A stretch of 64,000 bases of DNA. Origin: Lama guanicoe (lineage: Eukaryota). The stretch spans positions 3,415,589 to 3,479,588 of the forward strand of contig MU053994.1 in the NCBI GenBank assembly GCA_013239625.1, in the 5' to 3' direction. The notes under the pieces were generated by a model. The model did not search any database and was not told where the DNA came from. It saw only the letters and a list, made by a program, of their open reading frames with translations. Shown here piece by piece: positions 51,816 to 64,000 of the stretch; within the stretch, counting starts at the first letter, position 1, and the number at the start of each line of letters is the position of its first letter. The translations under genes were made by a program, and so were the position numbers.

Positions 51816-52795
51816 TGCCAAGCTTGCAATAAGGCAAGGCAGTAAGAAGTAAGCTGATATGTCTACCACGATGCTCCTAAAAAGGTTTAGGAAAAGGACA
51901 CACCATGTACCATTGAGCACAGGGGTGTACAGTAGAGCAGGGGACAGGAGGATTGGCTGAACCAAACTACAGGAGTAGTTTGACCCTAGGTATCCTTGAG
52001 CAAGCAAATTATCCCTCCCCTACTCTTTGGAGACTTCACAGACACCAGACCCGTAGCTCACATCATTAGGTGCTGTATTTAAACAGGAGGATTAACTGTA
52101 AAGTTCAAGTATTAAAGAAGCATGTTAAAATAAAGACCCCTAACCTCCTTCCCTGAGATGGCTCCTGAAATTATCACAATCAGGCTTACACATGAGTACC
52201 TGACCCCCCCAATACAATTCTGATAGCTCAGAAAATACACTTTTCCTCTGGAAATTACTGATGGACACAAGCTACCAAAGTGAAGATGAAAACTGGAAAC
52301 GAATATGGGAAGTCTAAGAATCAGGATATCCAGCACAGATAAGGGGCAAAGAGAATTCCCATGATGATAGTTCAAGTCCAAGACAGCAATCAATTTAGAA
52401 TGAAGCAGATGAAGGGCTCAGGGAGGGAGCTCTTTGTTGCCAAGTTAAAAAAACAAAACAAAAGAAATGTGATAAATTATCTGATGGGGTTGAATGCTCT
52501 GAGAGAAGCTATACATAGTTCAGTGGGATAGTCTGGGGATGAATTAGCTATAATACAAAGAAATGAAGCAATCAAAGAAATAAGTTAACTGCTTACTCCA
52601 GGTACGACAATAAATTGTGAAAGATATATAATCACATATTAATGATTCAAATATGAATAATGTTCTAAAAATGAGGAAGGGAAAGTGAGGAGGGACAGAA
52701 GGTAGCAATGTAAGAGTTATATCTCTCATAACAATAAGCCAATAACTGGTAATATTGAAGACTATAAAGTAAGAAATAGAAATATAAGTGTATGT

Positions 52796-54403
52796 CACAC
52801 TGCCCAGGGCAATCTACAGATTTAATGCAATCCCTATCAAATTGAACTAGAACAAATCATAATAAAATTTATATGGAACCATCAAAGACCTGGAATTGCC
52901 AAAGCATTACTGAAGAGAAAGAAAGAGGCTGGAGGAATAACTCTCCCAGACTTCAGACAATACTATAGAGCTACAGTCATCAAGACAGCATGGTATTGGT
53001 ACCAAAACAGACATATGCCCATGGAACAGAATAGAGAGCCCAGAAATGAACCCACAAACTTTTGGTCAACTGATCTTCAACAAAGGAGGCAAGAATATAC
53101 AATGGGATAAAGACAGTCTCTTTAGCAAATGGTGTTGGGAAAACTGGACAGCAGCATGTAAAGCAATGAAGCTAGAACACTCCCTTACACCATACACAAA
53201 AATAAACTCTAAATGGATCAAAGACTTAAACATAAGACAAGATACAATAAATCTCCTAAAAGAAAATATAGGCAAAACATTATCTGACATACATCTCAAA
53301 AATGTTCTCCTAGAACAGTCTACTCAAGCAATAGAAATAAAAGCAAGAATAAACANNNNNNNNNNNNNNNNNNNNNNNNNNNNNNNNNNNNNNNNNNNNN
53401 NNNNNNNNNNNNNNNNNNNNNNNNNNNNNNNNNNNNNNNNNNNNNNNNNNNNNNNNNNNNNNNNNNNNNNNNNNNNNNNNNNNNNNNNNNNNNNNNNNNN
53501 NNNNNNNNNNNNNNNNNNNNNNNNNNNNNNNNNNNNNNNNNNNNNNNNNNNNNNNNNNNNNNNNNNNNNNNNNNNNNNNNNNNNNNNNNNATCAAAACTA
53601 CAATGAGGTATCACCTCACACCAGTCAGAATGGCCATCATTCAAAAATCCACAAATGACAAATGCTGGAGAGGCTGTGGAGAAAGGGGAACCCTCCTACA
53701 CTGCTGGTGGGAATGCAGTTTGGTGCAGCCACTGTGGAAAACAGTATGGAGATTCCTCAAAAGACTAGGAATAGACTTACCATATGACCCAGGAATCCCG
53801 CTCCTGGGCATATATCCAGAAGGAACCCTACTTCAGGATGACACCTGCACCCCAATGTTCATAGCAGCACTATTTACAATAGCCAAGACATGGAGACAGC
53901 CTAAATGTCCATCAACAGATGACTGGATAAAGAAGATGTGGTATATTTATACAATGGAATACTACTCAGCCATAAAAACCGACAACATAATGCCATTTGC
54001 AGCAACATGGATGCTCCTGGAGAATGCCATTCTAAGTGAAGTAAGCCGGAAAGAGAAAAATACCATATGAGATTGTTCATATGTGGAGTCTAAAAAAAAC
54101 CAAACAAACAAAGCATAAATACAAAACAGAAACAGACTCATAGACATAGAATACAAACTTGTGGTTGCCAAGGGGGCCGAGGGTGGGAAGGGATAGACAG
54201 GATTTCAAAATTGTAGACTAGATAAACAAGATTATCCTGTATAGCACAGGGAAATAAACACAAGATCTTATGGTAGCTCACAGAGAAAAAAATGTGACAA
54301 TGAATATATATATGTTCATGTATAACTGAAAAATTGTGCTCTATACTGGAATTTGACACAACATTGTAAAATGATTATAAATCAATAAAAAATGTTAAAA
54401 AAA
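52796..54403 (+). mobile_element. Young 5'-truncated camelid L1 (ORF2 C-terminus, 3' UTR, A tail) with perfect 18-bp TSD
   Basis: ORFs 53046-53355 ([26 protein letters not shown]) and 53603-54070 ([13 protein letters not shown]...[18 protein letters not shown], the ORF2 CCHC domain) are L1 ORF2. TSD agaaatataagtgtatgt at 52778-52795 and 54404-54421. Confidence 0.97.
53356..53590. other. Assembly gap (235 N)
   Basis: Run of N inside the young L1. Confidence 1.
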
Positions 54404-56199
54404 AGAAATATAAGTGTATGTTGTTACAAAAGAAACAGGAAAAATTGCTTACAGTGGTTGTCTCACATAGTAAACTGGTGGTGTTCAAATGAATTAGGAT
54501 AGAAAAACTGCCTTTTGTTTTTAGAAGTACTATGATTTAACTTTTAAAACCTATATGCTTATATTACTTAGATAAAAGTAAAACTCAAATATATAAAAAA
54601 CTAGAATAGATCTTTACATTTAATCCATCAAAAACAATACATTTATGATTAAGAAATAAGTAGAGTCAAGATGGGTGAGACTTCAAATATTCACAAATTA
54701 AAAAACTAAACAAAAACTACTACAAGGAAAATTAAGTTCTGCTTACTATAACAGCCACTAGAAAGAATACACAAATATGCTAAAGATGGGAAGTAAATGT
54801 GTAGTTATCTATTTTTAGAATTTTCATTTATAAAGTATATGATGTACTTTTTCACTGTTCCCTAACCCATTTCTTGGGCTTCAAGGTACACTTCACTTTA
54901 CAGGGCATATGCCATCTATGTATTAAGAAAAAAGTATAAGAATGATTTTCAAGTGATTTGGAAAAACACAGTCAATTGGTTGCACTCTCCCACCAATTCT
55001 CTATGACACATGAACTTTAGAATTGTTGTGGCTGGGTGCAAACATTTACTTACACAGTTGTCAACCCACCATGTGCTGAATATCTATTTATATACACACA
55101 CACAGAGGTCCACACACATATAAAACAGAAAAACCTAAGACACAGAAGACAGAAAAGAGAGAGCACACAGCTGTGAATTAGTGTCCCTAGAAAGTCCACC
55201 TTTCTAACTGAAGCTACTAAGGTGACACCAGGGATCTCTGATATGCTTTCTCTGTAAGAAGTTCAACAAGAGTCAAGGTTCTCCTCTTTTTTGGGGGAAT
55301 TGTTATTGTACATTTACAAATTATAAAGCTCCTTACACAGGATAAAAAAGCTGATGTGTTGTGCTGGAGCTGCAAAAGCATGTCACCACCAACCAAAGGA
55401 AGCAATTTTGAGTTGTTCTGTTTGTTGTTTAAACTTCACTTATTAGGTAATTTAGTGTTTGTCCTTCTCTACAATATTAAAAGAAAAAAACGTTTTCATA
55501 AAATGACAGAAATTTGAGAAGTATTATCTAAACCACAGTAAGACTCATTCGGGTCTTGGATACTGTGAACTAAACATAAGGCTTTGTCCTGTAGACTGAT
55601 GGCTCTCCCACTTTAACACAAGCACTCATTTTATACTATCTCAACTTATAAGTCATTTGATCCACTGGTAATTGAGTACTAAAAACCACAATTAAAACTT
55701 TTTTTCTTGTTTTATTTCTTGGTTAATTACAATGTTCAAACAGACCACTAGAAATAACTTCCTTTTAAAATTCTCTGTTTTGCCCAGTTTTATTCTCTCT
55801 TTAAAAGAATGGTGTGGGTCTCATTAATGTCATTAGTTGTGATGCCTGCTGAGAGAAAATGCTGACTTCGTGAGCATGGAATCAATTTTCAGAATTAAAA
55901 AGGTTTTTGTGAGGCTACTTCTTGCATAGTATTTATTTTCTCAGAAGCCTTCACGGTAGGAAATGCTTTAATTAATGTGGTAGGTGCCAGATTACCAAAT
56001 CCACATTTATGTAATGAAATCATATGAAACCCCTTGACACATGTCCCCCTTCACTGCTTTCAGCTATATAACCTTGCTGCAGCCTCTAATGCACCAGGAA
56101 GCAGACAAGGGCCTTAAGAAGCTTCCTTCACCAGAAGACAACCCAGAAACTTCCCAGCTTTATATTTGTGGGTTTGGGGACAAAGGTTACTCTGGAGTG

Positions 56200-56560
56200 A
56201 AGTAATGTCTAGTGAGAAAAAAGGGATTAGGAAATAGAGAGGGCAGCTGAGAAAAGGGAGGAGGGAGAAGGGAGAGGCGGCATCATATGTTGAATTTAGG
56301 AGCCACAAGGTTAACAGGTCAAGGACAGAAGGCTGGGAGGTGCCAAATAATAATGTGGTACTATGGATAGGGTCTGGGGTCACTGCTGAAGGATTGGCGA
56401 ATACAAGGAACAGGGCATGGGGAACCCAAGGTGTAACCAAGATTACTCTGAGCAAAGACACCAAATTCAAAGATGCAAAGTCCAACCCAGGATCCTGAGA
56501 TAAAAACATTGCCCCCAGGAGCCACCACAGAGGTAGAAATGGCACTGGCTAGCACAGATA
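56200..56560 (-). mobile_element. Probable old L2 coding-region fragment
   Basis: Purine-rich plus strand typical of antisense L2, with 'gaatttaggagccacaagg'. The match is weak. Confidence 0.35.
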
Positions 56561-57139
56561 TGGCCACTGCTGTGACAAAGTACCACAGGTGAGTACCCAC
56601 ACGGCCACTGCACAAACTGTCAAAGGAAATCCTTACAACATGGGGCTATTAAAGAAATAAAGACTATTGGAAGAGTACAGAGAAGTGAGGTGTAGAATAC
56701 AAACTTAGTATAAAAATGGTTACAGTAATATAGAAAAAAGGACAGTATAATTACAATAATCCATACTATCTGGCACATTCTGACTTTACAGGCACTGAAA
56801 TTAATAGGGAATATTTAGAAATAGCATACATTCAGAGAAGCACACTTCTCTACCACATACCTTATGACTAGATAAATGTTTTAAATGCTGAGATGCATTC
56901 ACTAGGATGCTTACAAATACTACTGAAATGACATTAAATAAAGAAACAACAGATGACAAAAAACCTACTCAGTGTTTTCTAAAAAGTAGATGGGTAAAAA
57001 TAAAAAGCATTACTGGATCAGCTACTATATATGAGGGAGAGGTGTGTATATATATATATATATTTAAAGTACTTTAAAATTTCATATTTCTTGAGGATAA
57101 AGACTATATATTGCATATTTCTGTTTACTCCAAAATGCC

Positions 57140-57620
57140 ACGCACAACACTTGGTAGATGATATTTATAGTAACAATAAATGTTTACCAAATAAGATTCT
57201 GAAGAATGTGAACACAATGGAATATAAATATTTAAAGGATAATCTGTATATCGTTATGGACTGAGCTCCAGAATATACTTTAGTGAAAAAAAAGATGCAA
57301 ACTAGGGTGTAGAACATGCCACCTTTCACGTAAGAAAGAGGGAAGTATATGCGCACGTGTATGTATGTGTTTATAAATACACATACATTTATCATTTTTA
57401 GCAAAAGACAATCAAGAATATATCAAGAAAATGCTTACGTACAGAGGAGGGAGGTAACTTTTCATACTCTGTCTTTGGAATCCTGTAGACTGTTTTACAT
57501 AATTATAAAACAATACTAAATTTTTTAAAGTACCTAGAAATAAAAGTCAAAATGATACAAATAACCTATTAATATAGCAAGCTGGTAAGCTAAACCACAA
57601 AGAGGAGATTTTAAGTAATT
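57140..57620 (+). mobile_element. Old L1MC-type 3' fragment
   Basis: 'gagctccagaatatactttagtgaaaaaaaagatgcaa...gccacctttcacgtaagaaagaggg'. Confidence 0.6.
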
Positions 57621-58059
57621 TTAAAATTTTAAAATCTTTTTATTTTGAAATAATTTCAGACTTAGAAAACTACAGAATGTTTTCCTTCTATAAATTGAGC
57701 CACCACTTTTCCAGTCATGTAATTCTGCTCTCATGGTCCTTCATCATTCTTTAAAAACTGTCTTAATGCAGAGTTACAATAAAAATGATGGCCAGTGATG
57801 AGGTTTCCACCCACCCCACCTCTCCTTAGACTTCCAATTATGTGCAGACAAAAGGAAGATGCCATCAGAACCTATCCATAAGTGTTGCTTAAAAGATGCC
57901 TGACTTGATCTTTTGAAGTAAAGAGCAGTGAAAATGTGACCCAAGGAATACTGCTGTGTAAAACCTGGAAAAGTGCCCTCAAAGTATTGCATCCCAGACT
58001 CCCAGTTCTGAAGCTGATTCCATAACAGTCACAGCTATCATCCACTTCTTTTGAAGGCA

Positions 58060-58305
58060 GCATGGTATGCTGATGATGGACCACAGAGCACTGGGAGTTT
58101 GACAGAACTGAGTCTGATTGTGGAATCTACCATTTACTTGACATGTGAATTTAAACAAGTCATTTAACCTCTTAAGTTTCAATTCCTTCATCTGTAAAAT
58201 GGGCATAATACAGTATCAGTGTAAGACTGTAATGAGAACTAATGATACACTTCTTCACAAGGCACCTCGCACCACTAAAATGCTAAATAAATGTTAGCCA
58301 TTGTT
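58060..58305 (+). mobile_element. MIR SINE
   Basis: 'caagtcatttaacctcttaagtttcaattccttcatctgtaaaatgggcataataca...ataaatgttagcc'. Confidence 0.85.
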
Positions 58306-60502
58306 AGCACATTATTGTATAATTAATTTTTGTTACTGTGAAACTCTATTCTATTTCAACCTCACAAACTTAATTCTTAACCACATTAGAAATACAGCAA
58401 CAGTCTCCCAACCAGAGCATCAGGAGAAACAAGCTAAGTTCTACCTGTTATACTTGACAAAATTCTGTAATATTCTGTCCTTATCTGAAAGTGAAGTCAT
58501 CAGACTTAAGATTCTTTAAAGTCATTTAAAAAACCATGATAATGACTTCTCCTTCTAACCATGAAAGTTTAATTGGAAGAGAACTTCCTTTTCCCATTCA
58601 GTTAGAAAACTGAGCAAGTATTTTCAGTCATTGGGACAACAGACAGTAAAGGACCGTGATTCCTGTTGAAAGGGAAATGAATAGAGTACATGTCTAACAA
58701 TAGGCCTGGCTATCATCTTCTAGTTCTCAGAGCAAGGAGGGAAACAAAGCACTGAGTTGAGGAGACAGAGAACACAGTTCAGGGAGGAGGAGGGAGACAG
58801 AATGTTCAGGGCAGAGTATCAGAGAGAAGAGAGCTAAGGTATAGAGAAAACTCCAAAAATCTGCACAAAGAATGCTACAGGTCTTTCTCGTAATAACAAT
58901 TTGTGCACGTATAGGCTGAGACTCCATGAGGCTGAGCAAAGAGAACAAGGCGACATTGGAGCTCTAACCAATCACAGTAGAGAGACCTTGCTGAACACTA
59001 AAGACAATCAGTAGAGATCTCAGAAAGGTTACATCTAAGAACTGGAGCTAAATTAAGCCTTAGAATACAGGTTACTCTAGATCCGAACTAATGAACAAAG
59101 CAGCAAACTGTAAAACATAATGAAAAGTCTCAATTTAATGAAGCTAGCTTTCAACTTAAGAAACCAGAAAAAGATGAACAAATTAAACCAAAATATGGCT
59201 ATGACAGAGCCCAAAGGAAGAATAAATGAAATGGAAAAAAGAAAAACAACAGAAAAAACATACAAACAAAACAGAGCACTAGTTCCTGAAAAGGTCAACG
59301 ATATTGTTAAACCTTCAGCCAGACTGATCAAGATAAAAGAGAGAAAGATAAGAGTTAATACTGAGGACAAAGAGAGAGGACATCACTGAAGATTTTAGAT
59401 ACAAGGATAATAAATGTTATAAACAACTTCATGCCAATAAATTCACCAACTCAGAAAAGATGAACAATTGTAGGAAAGACACAAACTACCAAACTCATTT
59501 AAGAAGGAATAAACTGAATAGTCCTATACTATATTAAAAACAGAATTTTTAATTAAAAATCATTGCTCAAAGAAAACTTCAGACCCAAATGGCTTCAACA
59601 ATGAATTCTACCAAATAATCAAGAAACAGTAGCAATCTTATACAAACCATTTCCAAAAAACAAAAAGGAAAGAACATTTTCCAACTCATTCCATGATCAA
59701 CATTCTCTCAGTACCAAAACTAGATAAAGGTATTACATGAAAAGAAAATTACAGATAAACATCAAATTTCCAGTAATAAAGGTTGGTTTACCACTCTAAA
59801 ATAAATCTGTAAATATAACTTGCCATGTTAATAAACTAAAAATAAAAATATACATGATTATCTCAATAAATGCACAAAAGAATTTGACAAAATACAACAT
59901 CTATTCTTGATTAAAACTCTCAGCAAACTCAGAATAGTGGGGAACTTCTTCAACCTAAAAAAGGTTATGCACAAAAAACATAGCACTAACTAATGGTAAG
60001 TGGTAATCATAATTAATGGTAAAAGATTCAAATGTTTTCCAAGATCAGGAATAAGATAGTATCTGCTCTCATGTTGAGTTAACATTATACTGGAGTTTAT
60101 AGTTAATATAATAAGGCAAGAAAACCAAACAAGAGGAATCTAGATTGGAAAGGAAGAAAAAATGCTGATTGTATTGAAGATGACACAACTGACACAATTG
60201 TTCATATAGAAAATCAGATGGAATCTATAAAAAACCACTAGAACTACTAAGTTTAGCAAGACCATAGAACACAAGATTGATATATGAAAATCAATTGTAC
60301 AACAAAAAAATTACAAATTAAAACTAAAAAATACCATTTATAATAGCACATTTATGAAATATATAGAGATAAATCTCACAAAATATGTGAAAAACATTTA
60401 CATTAAAAACTATAAGATGCTGCTGAGAGATGTTTGAAAAACACAAATAAAAGAGAGATACTGGGTCATGGGTTGGAAGACTCAATATTGTTAATATGTC
60501 AG

Positions 60503-60860
60503 TGTCTTAATCTGTTTGGGTTTCGATAACAAACTACCACATACTGGGTAGTTTATAAACAACAGAAATTGATTTCTCACAGTTTTGGAGGCTGAGCTGT
60601 CAAGGCTCAAGGCACCAGCATGGTCACACTCTGGTGAGAACCCTTTACCTTGTTCACAGTCAGTGCCTTCTAACTGTGTCCTCACATGGTGAAAGGATAC
60701 TAGGGAGCTCTATGTTGTCTCTTTTATAAAAGCACTGATTCCATTCATGAGGGCTCCAGCCTTGTAACTGAATCACCTTCCAAAGGCCTCACCTCCTAAT
60801 ACCATCACACGGGACATTAAGATTTTAACATATGAATGGTGGGGGGACATGAACATAGCA
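60503..60860 (-). mobile_element. MaLR LTR (MLT1A-like) with perfect 5-bp TSD
   Basis: TG...CA termini with 'ataaacaacagaaattgatttctcacagttttggaggctg'. TSD GTCAG at 60498-60502 and 60861-60865. Confidence 0.92.
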
Positions 60861-60888
60861 GTCAGTTCACCCCAAATTATTCTATAAA

Positions 60889-61018
60889 CAGGCTGTACTC
60901 TGCACAGTACTGTGTTAACTGAAAAATGTGCATATTAGAACCAGGCAAGGTGAGGCCTTGGTTCCAATATGCACATGATCCAGTTAACATGGTACCATGC
61001 AAAGGTAAGGACAACCTG
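60889..61018. mobile_element. Palindromic TcMar-Tigger-type MITE (~130 bp)
   Basis: CAGG...CCTG termini followed by TA. Nearly the whole element is an inverted repeat. Confidence 0.75.
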
Positions 61019-62289
61019 TATTCAATATAATGCCAATCAAAATCCCAGGAGGCTTTTTTAAAATAGAAATTAACAAACTAATTTCAAAATTCATCTGGAA
61101 ATGCAAAGAACCTAGAAAAGCATAAACAGTTTTGATAAAGTCAAACAAAGGTACTGTTACTGATCTCAAGACTTATTATAAAGCTATAGAAATCAAGACA
61201 GTAAGGTATTGCCCTAAAGATAGACCAATAGGTCAACAGAACAGAATACAGAGTTTTGAAACAGAACCATACTTACACATACAACCAACTTTTAACAAAG
61301 TTACAAAGGGAATTCAATGGAGAAAAGATAGTCTTTTCAGTAAGTAGTGTGGCAATAATTGTGCATCTATATGCAAAAAGAAAAAGAACTTGTATCATAA
61401 ACAAATATTTACTCAAAATGGATCATAGACCTAAATGTAAAACCCCAAAATATTACCTTCTAAAAAAAAGAGGGAAAGTCTTTCTGACTGACCCTGGTTT
61501 AGGCAAAGATTTCTTAGAAACAGCACCAAAACTATGATCCATGAAAGAATAAATTGACAACTTGGACTTCATCAAAATTAATGACTTCTCATCTTCAAAA
61601 GATACTCTTAAGAAAAAGAAAAGTTGCTGACTGGGTAAAAATATTTGCATATCGTATCTTATAAAGGACTTACATCCAGAATATATAAAGGATTCCCACA
61701 ACTTAACAATAAGAAAACAACTAAATATAAAATGGGCAAAAGGTTTGAACAGACATCTCAACAAAGATATATGGATATCAAATAAGCACACAAAACAATG
61801 CTCAACACTGTTAGTCATTAAGGAAATACAAATTAGTAACACAAGGGGATATCAATACTTCTTAGTAGACTGGCTAAAATTAAAAAGCCTGATCATACCA
61901 AGTGCTGTCAAGGATATAGAGGAATTAGAACTCATATACTGCTAGTGGAAGTATGAACTACTGATATTTGCTACAGCAGCCTATCCAAAGTGTATGATTC
62001 CATTTATAGAAGACTCTAGAACATGTAAACTAACTTATAGTGACAAAAAGCAAATCAGTGGATGCCTGGAAAATGGCTGGGTTTGGAGGGGATGCAGGGA
62101 AAGGTATGAAGATGGGGTTACAAATGACCATGAGGAAACTTTTGGTCCTAACACACCTATTCATTATCTTAATTGCAGTGATGGTTTAGCAGGTTTACAC
62201 ATATGCCAAAGCTTACGAAACTGTACACTTCAAATACGTGCAGTTTATTAGATAACAATTATATCAAAATAAAACTGTCAAAGAAAGAC

Positions 62290-64000
62290 AATTGACTCTC
62301 TAGGTAAAAACAGTAACAATACATGTAGGGTTGATAACACATATAGAAGCAAAAGATAAAAAAATAATAGTGCAAGGGATGAGAGGAGGCCACATGGAGA
62401 TACGGTGTTGTCAGGAACTTATATTACATGTGCAGTGGTAAAATGTTACTTGAATTCAAACTGCAATAAATTAAAGATGTACATTTTAAACCTGAGAACA
62501 ATCACATTTAAAAAAAAAAAGAACTATAGCTAAGAAGCAAGTAGTGAAAATAAACTAGCACATTAAAAAATAGTCAACAAATTTTAAGGTGGCAGGAAAC
62601 AAGGGGGGAAAAGAACAAAAAAACAGATGGGAGGAATAGAAGATAGATAAAATCATGACAGAATCAAACCCAGACACACAAATAATTACATTATATGTTA
62701 AGTGGCCTAAATACTTCAAGTAGAAAACAGAAACTATCTTTTAATTGAAAAATAGTCTCAATAAATTTAGAAAAACTGAAGTAACATACAGTATAATTTC
62801 TGACCACAATGGAATTGAAATAGACAGTAATAATAAAAAGATATTTGGAAGAGCCACAATTATTTGGAAGTACAAAATCACTGCAAAATAACCCACAGGA
62901 CAAAGGAGGTATTACAAGGGAAGTTAGAAAGTATTTTCGTTTTAATATAAAACAAGTTGTGAAATGCAGTTAGAAAAATTTTTAAACAGAACTTTATATC
63001 TTTAAATGCTTACATGACAACAGATTAAAAAACCTGAAATCAATTATTTAAGTTTACATTTTAAGACAAGAGAAAAGTAGCAAATTAAATCCAAAGTAAA
63101 TAGGGAAAGAAAACAGTTAGTGACCTGGAAAATGAACAAAAAACTAAAGTCAACGATACCAAAAGTTAGTTCTTTGTAAAGATCAATAAAAATAATAAGC
63201 CCCTAGCTAAACAGACCAAGGAAAAAGAAAGAAAATACAAATGATCAATACTGGGAAGGAAAGAGGAGACATCACTACAGATGTGTCAGACAGAAAACTT
63301 TTAAGAGATACTATAATCAAGATACATCGATAAATTCAATAAATGAAATGAAACTAACAAAGTCCTGAAAATACTCAAATTACCAAAACGGACACTACAA
63401 AAACCTGAATAGCCGTGTATCTATTACAGAAATTGAATACATAATTTAAAATCTACCAAAAAAAAAAAACCCAAACAAACAAAAAACAAAAAAACCCCAA
63501 GCCCAGATGGCCTCATTGGTGAATTCTACCACACAATAAGAAAAAGTAAAACCAATTCAACACAAACTTTTTAAGAAAATAGAAGAGAAAGGAACTCAGT
63601 GTATGAGATCAGTATAACTTGATTCTACTGATAACAAAGCCAGTAAAAACTTTAAAGAGGAAACTAGAAAGCAATACCCTTCATAATCATTGATGCAAAA
63701 ATCCTTTTAAAATGTTAGTATATTGACTCCATCAATATATAAAAAGTCTAATATACCATGACCAAGTGGGGTTTATTGTAGGAATAAAAGATTGTTTTAA
63801 CATTCAAAAATCAATGTAACTAACAGAATAAAGAACCATATAAAAATCTCAATACACGAAAAAAGCATTTTAAGAAATCCAACACTTGTCCATGTAAAAA
63901 TTTCAATAAATTATGAAAAGAAAAATTTCTGAACCTAATAAAGGGCATTTATGAAAAGTCTACGGCTAATACCACACTTAATGATGAGAGACTGAATGGT
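62290..64000 (+). mobile_element. Second old L1 segment (inter-ORF/ORF2 N-terminal half)
   Basis: 'ttctgaccacaatggaattgaaatagac', 'agcccagatggcctcattggtgaattctacca' and 'accatgaccaagtggggtttatt' are ORF2 motifs. Confidence 0.85.

Larger units (their letters stand above)
58570..62285 (+). mobile_element. Old L1: 5' region, then ORF2 through 3' UTR, interrupted by two insertions
   Basis: Ordered ORF2 motifs. ORFs 61132-61347 (DLKTYYKAIEIKTVRY...IQWRKDSLFSK) and 61745-61945 are ORF2 remnants. The 3' end with aataaa is near 62268. Confidence 0.88.

Noticed and set aside
53320..53644. ORFs spanning the N run
   Set aside because: Artefacts of translating through the assembly gap.
57790..57905. 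Plus-strand GTGATGA ... CTGA C/D-like motif pair
   Set aside because: Antisense to the host gene, with no terminal stem and no recognisable guide.

Overview
Mammalian, AT-rich, repeat-dense genomic DNA. It is very probably from a camelid, based on a Vic-1-type tRNA-Ala SINE and camelid-type L1 3' ends. The whole window lies inside CASK on the minus strand; CASK is X-linked in placental mammals. Only two coding exons are present: 36616-36721 (106 nt, exon 3 by human numbering, [36 protein letters not shown]) and 919-996 (78 nt, exon 4, [26 protein letters not shown]). Both belong to the CaM-kinase-like domain, have canonical GT-AG sites and splice in frame. The rest is intron 2 (36722-64000), intron 3 (997-36615) and the start of intron 4 (1-918). 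These introns hold old and young L1s (mostly antisense to CASK), MIR/L2, solo LTRs (MER34-, MER21-, LTR16-, MLT1-type), hAT and Tigger DNA-transposon relics and microsatellites, plus a 235-N assembly gap inside the youngest L1. None of the supplied ORFs is a host gene; the only protein-like ones are L1 ORF1/ORF2 remnants. I found no convincing previously undescribed system. The best leads are: two ~150-nt L1-tail insertions with their own TSDs and near-coincident 5' ends; a series of L1 3'-UTR variants of different ages; a young L1 with a perfect 18-bp TSD; a strong CTCF motif; and a palindromic MITE hairpin. Repeat family names come from recalled consensus sequences, and their boundaries are approximate unless a TSD is given.
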